A DNA stretch of 32,000 bases from Candidatus Sericytochromatia bacterium (lineage in GTDB: Bacteria > Cyanobacteriota > Sericytochromatia > S15B-MN24 > UBA4093): the NCBI GenBank assembly GCA_036676455.1, contig JAKFCW010000047.1, positions 69,203 to 101,202 on the forward strand. The letters are read 5' to 3'. Shown piece after piece: positions 14,712-23,096 of this stretch. The notes beneath the pieces are model-generated. The model saw only the letters and a program-made list of their open reading frames with translations, searched no databases and was not told where the DNA came from. Numbering within the stretch: the stretch's first letter is position 1; every line of letters starts with the position of its first letter. A program made the translations under genes and the position numbers.

Positions 14712-15227
14712 ATGCTTGTCACTCGCCCCCTCTGGGGACTTATCTGCGGTACGCTCTTGCTGAGCGGATTCAACTCTCCGGCCTGGGCCCAGGCGGCTCG
14801 GAACGCTGAGCGATCCCCCATCGAGTTCCGTCTTCACCACCCCGAGGCCACGGCATCGACGGACGTGGATATCTGGGCGCCGGCCGATCCCCGCGTGCTT
14901 CACGACACCCAGCAGGATCTCGCGGCCATCCAGCAGTCGGTCTCGCCGTCCCGAGACTCGCGCCCATCCTTCACCGACGCGCTCCTCACGGGGATGGCCA
15001 CGCTCCCGGTCATCGGCCAGTTCGCCAACCACGACTGGATGAAGGGCCTCGTCACCTTGGGCACCGCCGCCGGCCTCACGACCGCCATCGTGATCGGCAA
15101 CGACCGGAACGACCCGCAGCTCGTGCGGCTGGGAACCCTGGGCCTCTACCCCCTGGCGGTTTTCGGAACCGTGGACGCCCTCGTCACCCGCCAGAAACGG
15201 GAAGCCAAGCCTTCGGTTCACCCATAA
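14712..15227 (+). CDS. secreted or membrane protein of unknown function
   Basis: I chose the internal ATG at 14712, which has GGAGG 8 nt upstream. The signal peptide is MLVTRPLWGLICGTLLLSGFNSPAWA-QA. Two hydrophobic segments lie near the C-terminus (LLTGMATLPVIGQF, GLVTLGTAAGLTTAIVIG). Confidence 0.6.
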   Translation: MLVTRPLWGLICGTLLLSGFNSPAWAQAARNAERSPIEFRLHHPEATASTDVDIWAPADPRVLHDTQQDLAAIQQSVSPSRDSRPSFTDALLTGMATLPVIGQFANHDWMKGLVTLGTAAGLTTAIVIGNDRNDPQLVRLGTLGLYPLAVFGTVDALVTRQKREAKPSVHP

Positions 15228-15242
15228 ACCACCGGTCACGAC

Positions 15243-16001
15243 TTAGATCTTCACCTGGGTCAGCACTGCCTCCGCACGCAACCCTGCGACCGTGAACTGG
15301 GCCTTGACGAGCCCCACCCCGGGAGCGAACCAGGCCTCGGTCGGTTCGCCATGGTCCTCGACGTAAAGCACCTTCCAGCACCCGGGAAACGTCGCCACCT
15401 CCGTCTCGACGCGTTCCAATCCGATCAGACGCGCCTTTCCGTTGATTGACGGCCAGTACATGCCCGGCGTCGCACGTTGCGGCATCATGGGCTTGCCGTC
15501 GACCTGGATCCAATCCTCGTCAACGCGGGCCTTCCATGCTTGATTCCCCGAAAGCCACCCCACCGTGAAGCGCGATTCCACCTCCAGCTCGAAACCCTGG
15601 TTCTTCGGCTCAAACCTCTGCACTGTCAGCTCCATGCGGCCTTGGGGAAACCAGCCATCGATAGCACTTAGGCGGTAATTCAAGACCGTGTTCGCACTGA
15701 AAACCATGGGCCCCTGGACGAACGTCCGTTGCACGGCCTCCGACGTCCCCCCTGCAGCCCCCTCTCCGGGAGTCGAGGGTTCTGCAACGGGAGCGTCTTT
15801 GGCTCGGTCGCTGGTGGCCCCGTCTTCTTTCCGCTTTTCCGGCTTGTCTGCCAGGGGATCAACACTCCATTCCGCCGGAGGCTGAAGCATCGTTCCCGTC
15901 TCCTGCCATTCGGCAGGCAAGCCTACACCCGAACTTGGGCATCCTGCGAGGGGCCAAGCGATCAGAAAGGCGATGGCAAACCGCGCGACCGTCCAATTCA
16001 T
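15243..16001 (-). CDS. lipoprotein of unknown function, last gene of the lipoprotein array
   Basis: 252-aa ORF with an ATGA overlap with the upstream gene. The lipobox is AWPLAGC. A low-complexity linker leads to a beta-rich domain ending in EAWFAPGVGLVKAQFTVAGLRAEAVLTQVKI. Confidence 0.75.
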   Translation of the reverse strand: MNWTVARFAIAFLIAWPLAGCPSSGVGLPAEWQETGTMLQPPAEWSVDPLADKPEKRKEDGATSDRAKDAPVAEPSTPGEGAAGGTSEAVQRTFVQGPMVFSANTVLNYRLSAIDGWFPQGRMELTVQRFEPKNQGFELEVESRFTVGWLSGNQAWKARVDEDWIQVDGKPMMPQRATPGMYWPSINGKARLIGLERVETEVATFPGCWKVLYVEDHGEPTEAWFAPGVGLVKAQFTVAGLRAEAVLTQVKI

Positions 16002-17164
16002 GGGGTGGATTGGCCATCCGTTGGCACGATGAAAGGAATCAGGGCTGTGCGCCCAAACGCGTTCGCGCCACCATACGACCCGGATCCCTCCCAGTACTTG
16101 AGCACGTAGTAACGAGTCCCCGGATGGACCGTTTCGTCGAGCGTGAACGAGACCCGGGTCGTCATGGTCTCGGGGTCATGGGCCGAAGTCTCGTAACGCT
16201 GCAAGGGGACCAGACTCGAATTCGACTCCCTGACCGCGGAATCATAGATCTCGATGGCGTACTTCGGATCCGTCAGCCCGGTCTTGGCCGGAAACTCGAA
16301 AGTCACCTCCCGGGACTCCAGCACCGAATTCATCGCGGGAGTGGCTGCCGAGAGATCCCAACTCAAATCGAATTCGACCTCCGGGACCTCCGTTTGCGTC
16401 GCCGAAACCTGGACGGGCTCGGAGATGGCAAACTGGGGTCGGCGAGGCATGGCCGTGGCCACTGAGATCGTGCCCTCGAAGCCGGAATAGCCGGAGTAAG
16501 TGGGATACGAGCTGTGGTATCCCAGGTGGTAGGCCCCATCGCTCAGGTTGAAAAAGTTTGCGGCCCCCGCCGGGGTCACCTGGGTCGATCCGTAACTGTA
16601 AAAGTAGAACGGCGTGACACCCTCGCGCCGGAACACGCCCATCGAGAGCTGCTCACCAGTGGCTTCTCCGCCGATCACGCGACCGTAAAGCTGACTGCCC
16701 AGGACGTTTTGATCCACCAATGGAGTCAAAGGGCTGTATGGCATCACCGTGCTCTTGCCGGGGGTGTCGAGCAGGATGTGAAGCGAGGCGTAGCTGCGCC
16801 GTCCAGGCATGAGCATGGCCATGGTGTAGCCGTACCCAACGACCTCTCCGGATGCGAGCATGGCGCTGACCTTGATCGAGGCTTCCCCGGAAGGCAACCC
16901 TGAGAGGTCGATATAGTTGCTCTCAGCTTTCGGCAGGGTGCGCGTCTCCGTCCGACCATCCTCGAGCGTCAACTCGACTTTCAACTCGGCAAGATCCTCG
17001 GCGATGACCTGAGCCTTCCTCCCGAAGTCGACGCTCATGCGCAACGATGCGCCCTGGTGCTGGGACGAAACCAATGAAGGCATGGCTGCCGGGGCGCAGC
17101 CAGTTAGCCAAAGCGATGCCGCCACTGCGAGGGCGAAGGCCCGGGACGTGTGGTTTATCGTCAT
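15998..17164 (-). CDS. lipoprotein of unknown function
   Basis: This is the 399-aa ORF in the track. I prefer the start at 17164 (MTINHTSRAFALAVAASLWLTGC, lipobox LTGC). Alternative starts are at 17173 and 17197. The N-terminal beta module is ASLRMSVDFGRKAQVIAEDLAELKVELTLEDG. Confidence 0.75.
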   Translation of the reverse strand: MTINHTSRAFALAVAASLWLTGCAPAAMPSLVSSQHQGASLRMSVDFGRKAQVIAEDLAELKVELTLEDGRTETRTLPKAESNYIDLSGLPSGEASIKVSAMLASGEVVGYGYTMAMLMPGRRSYASLHILLDTPGKSTVMPYSPLTPLVDQNVLGSQLYGRVIGGEATGEQLSMGVFRREGVTPFYFYSYGSTQVTPAGAANFFNLSDGAYHLGYHSSYPTYSGYSGFEGTISVATAMPRRPQFAISEPVQVSATQTEVPEVEFDLSWDLSAATPAMNSVLESREVTFEFPAKTGLTDPKYAIEIYDSAVRESNSSLVPLQRYETSAHDPETMTTRVSFTLDETVHPGTRYYVLKYWEGSGSYGGANAFGRTALIPFIVPTDGQSTP

Positions 17165-17165
17165 G

Positions 17166-18074
17166 TCAATCATTCGCGACCACCCCTCCCCCTTCAAATA
17201 CGACCCCTTCCCGCATCAACGTCGAAACCACTCCGTTCTCGTCGCTGATGACTTCCTTGAGAAGGCCTTCCGATGCCCCGTACCAGCGATCCACGGTCAC
17301 CTCTGTCCATGTCTGCGCGTCGCCGGGATACTGGTTTGTCCAGCGATAATGGCGGACCTTGGTGCTCGGCGCTAGCAACTCGGAGTCCACGTAAACCGCG
17401 TGAGTCGGGATGGCGGTCCAGGAATCCGTCGGGTAAGATTCCGACACTCCTGCTCCAATTCGACGATAAACCGTCGAATACTGCACCTGAAAGGTCACCG
17501 CGACCCGCTGGGAGTCACGCGTAAGCCAGAAGAGCAATTGCTGCTGGTTCGGATAATACGCGGCAAAATCCGAATCGAATCCGTCTGCATGGCTCAGACG
17601 GCGGTAATCAAGCAGGCGTTGCCCAAAGCTGACACCAAGATCGAGTGCCGGCTTACCCCCGTGGAGTAGGCTGAAACTGACAGGTGTCTCCTCGCCCGGC
17701 AAGAGGACGACGGCCATTTGCTGCCTATCGTGCATCGCGTGGGTCTCGGCGTCGCGCGCCGTCACGGTTACCGTGACGGGACCGGGCACGAGATTCGCGA
17801 TTACAGTCGGTTCGTCGAGTTGAAGGACCCGGGGTTCAACCACGACATTGCGATACTCCCAGCCCGAGTACGCAACTTCGAGGAGCACCTCGATGCCTGC
17901 GGTGCTCTGGAGCTGGCGAGGCACAGAGACAATCGCTCTCATGCGACTCGTCTCGGCACTGGCGATCTCGGTCGCAGGTTGCAGAGTCGTCCCCGTCGTG
18001 GTCACGCCCTCGCAGCCCAGAAGGAACATGGTGGGCAGGGCCAAGAGCAGACCCCATCGATTCATCTTGCGCAT
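17166..18074 (-). CDS. lipoprotein of unknown function
   Basis: This is the 316-aa ORF in the track. I prefer the start at 18074 (MRKMNRWGLLLALPTMFLLGC, lipobox LLGC), 4 nt after the upstream stop. The beta module is RMRAIVSVPRQLQSTAGIEVLLEVAYSG. Confidence 0.75.
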   Translation of the reverse strand: MRKMNRWGLLLALPTMFLLGCEGVTTTGTTLQPATEIASAETSRMRAIVSVPRQLQSTAGIEVLLEVAYSGWEYRNVVVEPRVLQLDEPTVIANLVPGPVTVTVTARDAETHAMHDRQQMAVVLLPGEETPVSFSLLHGGKPALDLGVSFGQRLLDYRRLSHADGFDSDFAAYYPNQQQLLFWLTRDSQRVAVTFQVQYSTVYRRIGAGVSESYPTDSWTAIPTHAVYVDSELLAPSTKVRHYRWTNQYPGDAQTWTEVTVDRWYGASEGLLKEVISDENGVVSTLMREGVVFEGGGVVAND

Positions 18075-18078
18075 TACC

Positions 18079-19566
18079 CTACCCTTCCTCGGACGGTGCG
18101 GCCGGCGTGAAGTCAATCAACTCGTAGGTGGTCACCTGGCGCTGGCGAGGGAGGGGGTCCCGTTTGCCTTCGTGGGAATAGTGGTATCCACCGACGCGAG
18201 TCTCCACGGAGCGCACGACGCCCACGCCCTCGACCAGCCAAACCTCACGGGTGACTCCGGATTCGGGGCTGGTGAAATAGTGCTTCGCCAGTCGTTGACC
18301 GAGGGCCGGAACGTTGAGCGTCACCTCAGGCAAGGTCTGGATGCCGTTAGTGGAACTCAAGCGAAAGATCGGACTCAGCTCGGAAGCGGACCCGTTCGCC
18401 AAGTCGAACGCCCGCAAGGTCGAGTAGCTGTAGGACTCATATTGCCCGCGCCCGTCGTCATCGAGCATCTCCACCCGCATCGTGCGGCTCCAGGACGACG
18501 TGCCCCCTCCCTGAGACTGCGGATAAGTGTAAGTTGTGCTCACAAGGTAGTTCCAGCGCGTACCGGCGGCCAGGGGGAGTGCCTCGAAAGGCGGCTTCCA
18601 AAGGTCCTGCCCCACCCAGCGAGTGGGGTTCTGGGGTGGGGCATCCGGAACCTCGATGAGTTCCACGTCTAGCGAGGCGGTGGCCTGCGTGGGCATCGAG
18701 AAGTCGATACTACGTGACGTGACGCCGTCCACCATGACCATGAACTTCGGCTGGAGCTTGTCGGGCTTGGTGAAGTAATCGGCAAAACCGGAGAGCAGGT
18801 CATGGGGGACCGTCAGGGTGAGTTGCGTGTCGGAATCGACGGTGACGGCGGTTTCCGGAAGCGACCTGCGCATCATTCCAAACCCTCCTGATGGCACTGG
18901 CATCGGGAAGATGAGGTTTGAATAAGGCAGGTACTGGTAATTCAGCCCCACGTAAGCCAGGGTTTTCCAGTTCTTGGACTTGCCAAAGCCAGAGCCGGCG
19001 ACGATGATCCGGTCTCCAACCCGCCAGTCGCTCTTGGACAGCGAGGTGATCACCGGCGCGTCAACGGCCACGAGCTCCATGCCGACCGTCGCGAAGAGGC
19101 CAGGCACGACGTCGATGCGCTTCTCGTCCGAAGCCACGACCTGATTCTGAGCGTCACGAACTTCTGCCTGAATGAGCAGATCCGCCTGGACCGGAAGGTC
19201 CCATCTCAAGGAACCGTAAGTGTTGAACCCGGCGGGGTAAGGGCCGTAGTAATAGGGATCCGCCTGGCGGTAGATCTCCACGGGGGCGATCGCCTTTCCC
19301 GACGAATCAATCGCCTGCGATCCATCCGCGCGCGTCAGCGTAACGACCGCCTTGATCGCCCGGTTGGGAATCGCCTGGAGGGAGGAACCGGAATCCGGCC
19401 AGCGAATGCCCAGCCCCAGGCCGCCGACTCCAGCCTGTGTGTGCGCCTCCGTTTGCCCCGTGCCGATCGCATTCGAGGTCCACTGAGTGCCAACAGGAAC
19501 CGTGCAACCCAACAGGGCTGAAACGAGGCCGAAGGCGATCCACGTCTTGAAATCTCGCTGTCTCAT
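18079..19566 (-). CDS. lipoprotein with an IPT/TIG-like Ig domain
   Basis: This is the 504-aa ORF in the track. I prefer the start at 19566 (MRQRDFKTWIAFGLVSALLGC). The N-terminal module is GLGIRWPDSGSSLQAIPNRAIKAVVTLTRADG. The IPT/TIG-like stretch is PVITSLSKSDWRVGDRIIVAGSGFGKS. The C-terminal module is EVWLVEGVGVVRSVETRVGG. Confidence 0.8.
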   Translation of the reverse strand: MRQRDFKTWIAFGLVSALLGCTVPVGTQWTSNAIGTGQTEAHTQAGVGGLGLGIRWPDSGSSLQAIPNRAIKAVVTLTRADGSQAIDSSGKAIAPVEIYRQADPYYYGPYPAGFNTYGSLRWDLPVQADLLIQAEVRDAQNQVVASDEKRIDVVPGLFATVGMELVAVDAPVITSLSKSDWRVGDRIIVAGSGFGKSKNWKTLAYVGLNYQYLPYSNLIFPMPVPSGGFGMMRRSLPETAVTVDSDTQLTLTVPHDLLSGFADYFTKPDKLQPKFMVMVDGVTSRSIDFSMPTQATASLDVELIEVPDAPPQNPTRWVGQDLWKPPFEALPLAAGTRWNYLVSTTYTYPQSQGGGTSSWSRTMRVEMLDDDGRGQYESYSYSTLRAFDLANGSASELSPIFRLSSTNGIQTLPEVTLNVPALGQRLAKHYFTSPESGVTREVWLVEGVGVVRSVETRVGGYHYSHEGKRDPLPRQRQVTTYELIDFTPAAPSEEG

Positions 19567-19576
19567 GCTTCGTCCC

Positions 19577-21301
19577 CTAGTAGATGTAGACATTCAAGCC
19601 ACCACTGGTCCTGTTCGTGAAGAGGCCAGGAGTCAGGTGGATGCGGGTTCCAGGCGTACCGCCCGCGCCGTCCATCAGGACCAGGTAGGGCCACGTCTCG
19701 TTCTTGGAAACATTCAGGCCGCCCCGTTCATCGAAGGGAGCGTCGTAATCGATCCGTCCGATCACGGTCCTGCTGGGGATGTCAACGAAGCGTGCCTCGA
19801 CGACGAGTCGCAGCGGCTCGGAATCCAGCGTCACCGTTCCTTCGAGGCGAAGATTCTCCATTTCGTCATCGAGCACGAAACTCAGGACGCCTCCCGTGAT
19901 CATCGAGCGCTCGCCCACCTTCTCGATCCGCACCGAGGCGTCGGCTTTGGCGAGGAATACCGAGCGAACTCCCGCCTTGTCGCGAGGCGCGAGGCGAAGC
20001 GTGACGCTTCCGCTCGTGAAATCGGGATTCAAAGCAGCGGACAACGCAGCATGTAACGAAGGGAATTCCAGGCTTGCCTCACCCTTGGTGGGAAAGCGGG
20101 TCAATGAATTTACTGCGACGCCATAATAAGCGTATGGGAAGTAAACGTACCCGTTCGGATTGGCGTCCCGAATCGCGGCGAGCAGCGGGGACGTCGCTGT
20201 TTCCCTAACCTCATTGAGTTCTAGGGCCGCCTTGAAGCGACTCGCCACCTGCCCCTGCGGAACGATTTCACCGCTGAGACGCAGCGCGCTGATGGTTTCA
20301 GGAACCGGGCGTTCCCCTCCAAAAAGGTCGAAGGCCCGAGCGCCCGTGGTTTCCGATTGCGGATTGACGCCCGCAAACGAGCCCCGCAGTTGTGGCTCTG
20401 CCACCCAGGAGGATGTCACATCCGCCGACAGGGTCGCCCTGGTCTGATCACCACTCGGGGAACTCGGATTCAAGGCGAGATCGAGGCGTCGCTGCAAGGG
20501 GCCAGACGTGAAGGCCTGGGAAATCTGATAGCCAGGCCAGAATGCTTTGAGGATCGCGCGATCGCGCAGCTCCAGGCCAAGTATGGATTGGCCCGGCAGG
20601 TGCCAGGTCTCAACTGTACCAGGGGCGCCCTCGATGAGCGTGCCGTTCGCGCCAAGGCTCATGGCATGGAAGAGGTGTTGGCCGTTCGAATTAAACGAAT
20701 CCACCACCTGGCGAACGGCAGCTTCCATGGTCAGCACCTCGGGGAAAGTCCGAGGGTTCACCCAGTTATCGAAACGATCGGCGTAATGATAGAGGTCTTT
20801 CAGGAGGGTGATCTGACGAGAGATCCGGATCGTCAGTGAGGCCTCGTTGTCCAGGGTGATGACGACGCCCGTCGACGTGTTGTCACGAATCGGCACGTCC
20901 GCTTGCCCGCCTTGGGCTAGGATCTTGCCGCCCCCCCGGACAACGACCTCCACGTTCACCGTTTCGTGAGCGGGCGAGATCTGGAAAGAAAAGGTGGAGA
21001 CAGGCGATTCCCCGGCAGGGCGATCGATCGTCTTGCTGACCAGGAGCTGATTGGACTTCGAACGGACCGAGACTTCGATGGTTTCGGCTTCGAGCGGAAT
21101 GGCCTGGGTCGCGAGGGGACGCGCGGGCCACTGGATGCGCATGACCAGGTTGCCTTGGTGGGCAGGTTGCTCCATGGCGTCCAGCCCCGCGTCCCCGGAG
21201 GAAACCTTGGGCGTGTCGGCGACGTTGGGCACTCCCACCGTACAACCCACGAGTCCGATGGCGACGACGAGGCCCCAGCGGGCGATGACTTTCGACTTCA
21301 C
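19577..21301 (-). CDS. lipoprotein of unknown function
   Basis: 574-aa ORF with a GTG start and GAGG upstream. The lipobox is AIGLVGC. The N-terminal module is NLVMRIQWPARPLATQAIPLEAETIEVSVRSKS, which resembles that of the downstream paralogue. Confidence 0.8.
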   Translation of the reverse strand: MKSKVIARWGLVVAIGLVGCTVGVPNVADTPKVSSGDAGLDAMEQPAHQGNLVMRIQWPARPLATQAIPLEAETIEVSVRSKSNQLLVSKTIDRPAGESPVSTFSFQISPAHETVNVEVVVRGGGKILAQGGQADVPIRDNTSTGVVITLDNEASLTIRISRQITLLKDLYHYADRFDNWVNPRTFPEVLTMEAAVRQVVDSFNSNGQHLFHAMSLGANGTLIEGAPGTVETWHLPGQSILGLELRDRAILKAFWPGYQISQAFTSGPLQRRLDLALNPSSPSGDQTRATLSADVTSSWVAEPQLRGSFAGVNPQSETTGARAFDLFGGERPVPETISALRLSGEIVPQGQVASRFKAALELNEVRETATSPLLAAIRDANPNGYVYFPYAYYGVAVNSLTRFPTKGEASLEFPSLHAALSAALNPDFTSGSVTLRLAPRDKAGVRSVFLAKADASVRIEKVGERSMITGGVLSFVLDDEMENLRLEGTVTLDSEPLRLVVEARFVDIPSRTVIGRIDYDAPFDERGGLNVSKNETWPYLVLMDGAGGTPGTRIHLTPGLFTNRTSGGLNVYIY

Positions 21302-21315
21302 GGCTGTTACCTCGG

Positions 21316-22863
21316 CTACTTGACGTCGATCGCGATCGCCGCGTCCCGGCGAACCGGAATCGGGATCTCGAGCGTGATGGGAGGCTGGGTCTTGGTCGAG
21401 AGCTCCACGCTGGCGGTTCCTTCCGCGCTACCGGGTTTGACGCTCACTCGTCCCCAGGCGTCAACCAGGACCATGTGGGGAGTCCCGCTCCGCCATTCCA
21501 ATAGGCTGGCATCCTCGGGAGAGTGGGTGATCGCCCGATCGTTCCACGTCAGCTCCCAGGCGAGTTGCAAGTCGGTCGGATGGCCCAAGTTATTGTCACC
21601 GAGCGAGGAACCATCGGCGGGAACGTAGAGGGCCGGCGTCTGCGAGGGGACCTTCAACTTACCCGAGAGGATGCGGCGCGGAGTCTCGACGATGCGCATG
21701 GTCAGATCGGCGTACTTGTCGGCATTCGCGAGCGCGGTGGCTCGGATCGTGACGTCTCCGGGGGCCGCTCCGGAGAGCAGGCTGATACGGCCACCCTCGA
21801 GGGAGACTTTGCCGGCCTGGGCCCCGGAGACGATCGACCAATCGGCTATCGGCAGCTCGGTGCCGTCCGTGAGCACCGTGAGTGCCCGGACGAGGTGCGT
21901 CTGGGGGTAGGCGGGATCGGTCGCGCCGTTATCGAAGGGAAGGTAGACCTTTTCGGGTGCCGGAAGCAGTTCGAAACGCTGGATGGTGGTCGGGGGCTTG
22001 GAAACCACAGGGGCCACCACGGGCGGAGCCGGTGGAGTGGCAGGCGGATTGGCGGAGGGAACACCGCCCTCCTCCAGGCTATTCGTGGGATCGACGCTGC
22101 CTTGCGCTTCGGAGAGGGCATCGATGGGATCGGGCAAGGCAGCCAGAGCGGGATCCAGTTGCTTGACGAGCGACAAGGCCTGCATGGCCTTGCCCACCGC
22201 CTCGGGATCGGTGGTGTCGGTGTCCATGACCACCGCGGTGAAGGCCTCGGGCTTGGCCTTGAGCACCTCGAGCGTGCTCTTCACGGCCGCCTGGACCTTT
22301 GCCATGTCGAGGGTCGGCAGCGAGGCCTGGTCACGGCCCTTGGTGATGGACTCGGCGACCAGGGTGCTGGCGAAATCAAGAGGTTGAGTCGGAGGATTGG
22401 CCTTGTCCTTCTCGGTGACCTTGGCGAACGTACGGAACGTGCGGGGCACTCCCGCGGGGTCCTTGAAGGCGGCGACGATCGTGTAGACCTTGTTGATGTC
22501 CAGGCGCAGGATCACGCGTCCAGTGGCATCGGTGGTGCCGATGACCGTGAGGCCGCCAGTGGTGGGAATCGCCCGAACCTCGGCTCCAGGAACCGGGGTG
22601 TCGAAGGAAATGGCCGGATCGCTGAGCACGTGGAAGCCCGCAATCCGGAAAGCCGAGACCGACTTCAAGGCGGGAGCGAGAACCTGAATCGGAGTATCGA
22701 GCTTGAAGGCATCGGTCGGAACCGGCGCCGCCGGCCCCGCAGGCACGAGTTGGTGCCCGGGACACGCGCTCAAAAGCGCGCTCACCGTTCCGAGGCTGGC
22801 GACAAGCAGTCCGGCTCTCACGAGGCGGGCGAGCGGTCGCGAGGAGAAAGATGAGTTGAACAT
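21316..22863 (-). CDS. lipoprotein with an N-terminal beta-sandwich and two Big_2-like Ig domains, first gene of the array
   Basis: This is the 530-aa ORF in the track. I prefer the start at 22863 (MFNSSFSSRPLARLVRAGLLVASLGTVSALLSAC). A carboxypeptidase-regulatory-like stretch is VRAIPTTGGLTVIGTTDATGRVILRLD. Big_2-like stretches are VSLEGGRISLLSGAAPGDVTIRATALAN and VLVDAWGRVSVKPGSAEGTASVEL. Confidence 0.8.
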   Translation of the reverse strand: MFNSSFSSRPLARLVRAGLLVASLGTVSALLSACPGHQLVPAGPAAPVPTDAFKLDTPIQVLAPALKSVSAFRIAGFHVLSDPAISFDTPVPGAEVRAIPTTGGLTVIGTTDATGRVILRLDINKVYTIVAAFKDPAGVPRTFRTFAKVTEKDKANPPTQPLDFASTLVAESITKGRDQASLPTLDMAKVQAAVKSTLEVLKAKPEAFTAVVMDTDTTDPEAVGKAMQALSLVKQLDPALAALPDPIDALSEAQGSVDPTNSLEEGGVPSANPPATPPAPPVVAPVVSKPPTTIQRFELLPAPEKVYLPFDNGATDPAYPQTHLVRALTVLTDGTELPIADWSIVSGAQAGKVSLEGGRISLLSGAAPGDVTIRATALANADKYADLTMRIVETPRRILSGKLKVPSQTPALYVPADGSSLGDNNLGHPTDLQLAWELTWNDRAITHSPEDASLLEWRSGTPHMVLVDAWGRVSVKPGSAEGTASVELSTKTQPPITLEIPIPVRRDAAIAIDVK

Positions 22864-22916
22864 GGTGTCGCGCGGTCTCCTGCTACATCGAAATGCGATC
22901 AATTGCACGTCTTGCG

Positions 22917-22945
22917 AGCATAACGCATTGGAAATGACCGATCAA
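22917..22945 (-). promoter_or_regulatory. candidate sigma70-type promoter for the lipoprotein array
   Basis: On the minus strand: TTGATC (22945-22940), a 17-nt spacer, then TATGCT (22922-22917). It lies in the relatively A/T-rich 233-nt gap upstream of the start at 22863. Confidence 0.3.
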
Positions 22946-23096
22946 TGTGCAAGCGTCTGCAAATCTAGCGAAAATCTGCTTACCTGGAAGATTTCCGCAA
23001 CAATTCGATGCATTCAGGCGACTTCTCGCCATTCCCGCGAAGGCAGCGACGCCGAAACATCGGAGCCGCTGGCCGGGGACGTATATGCGAAAGACG

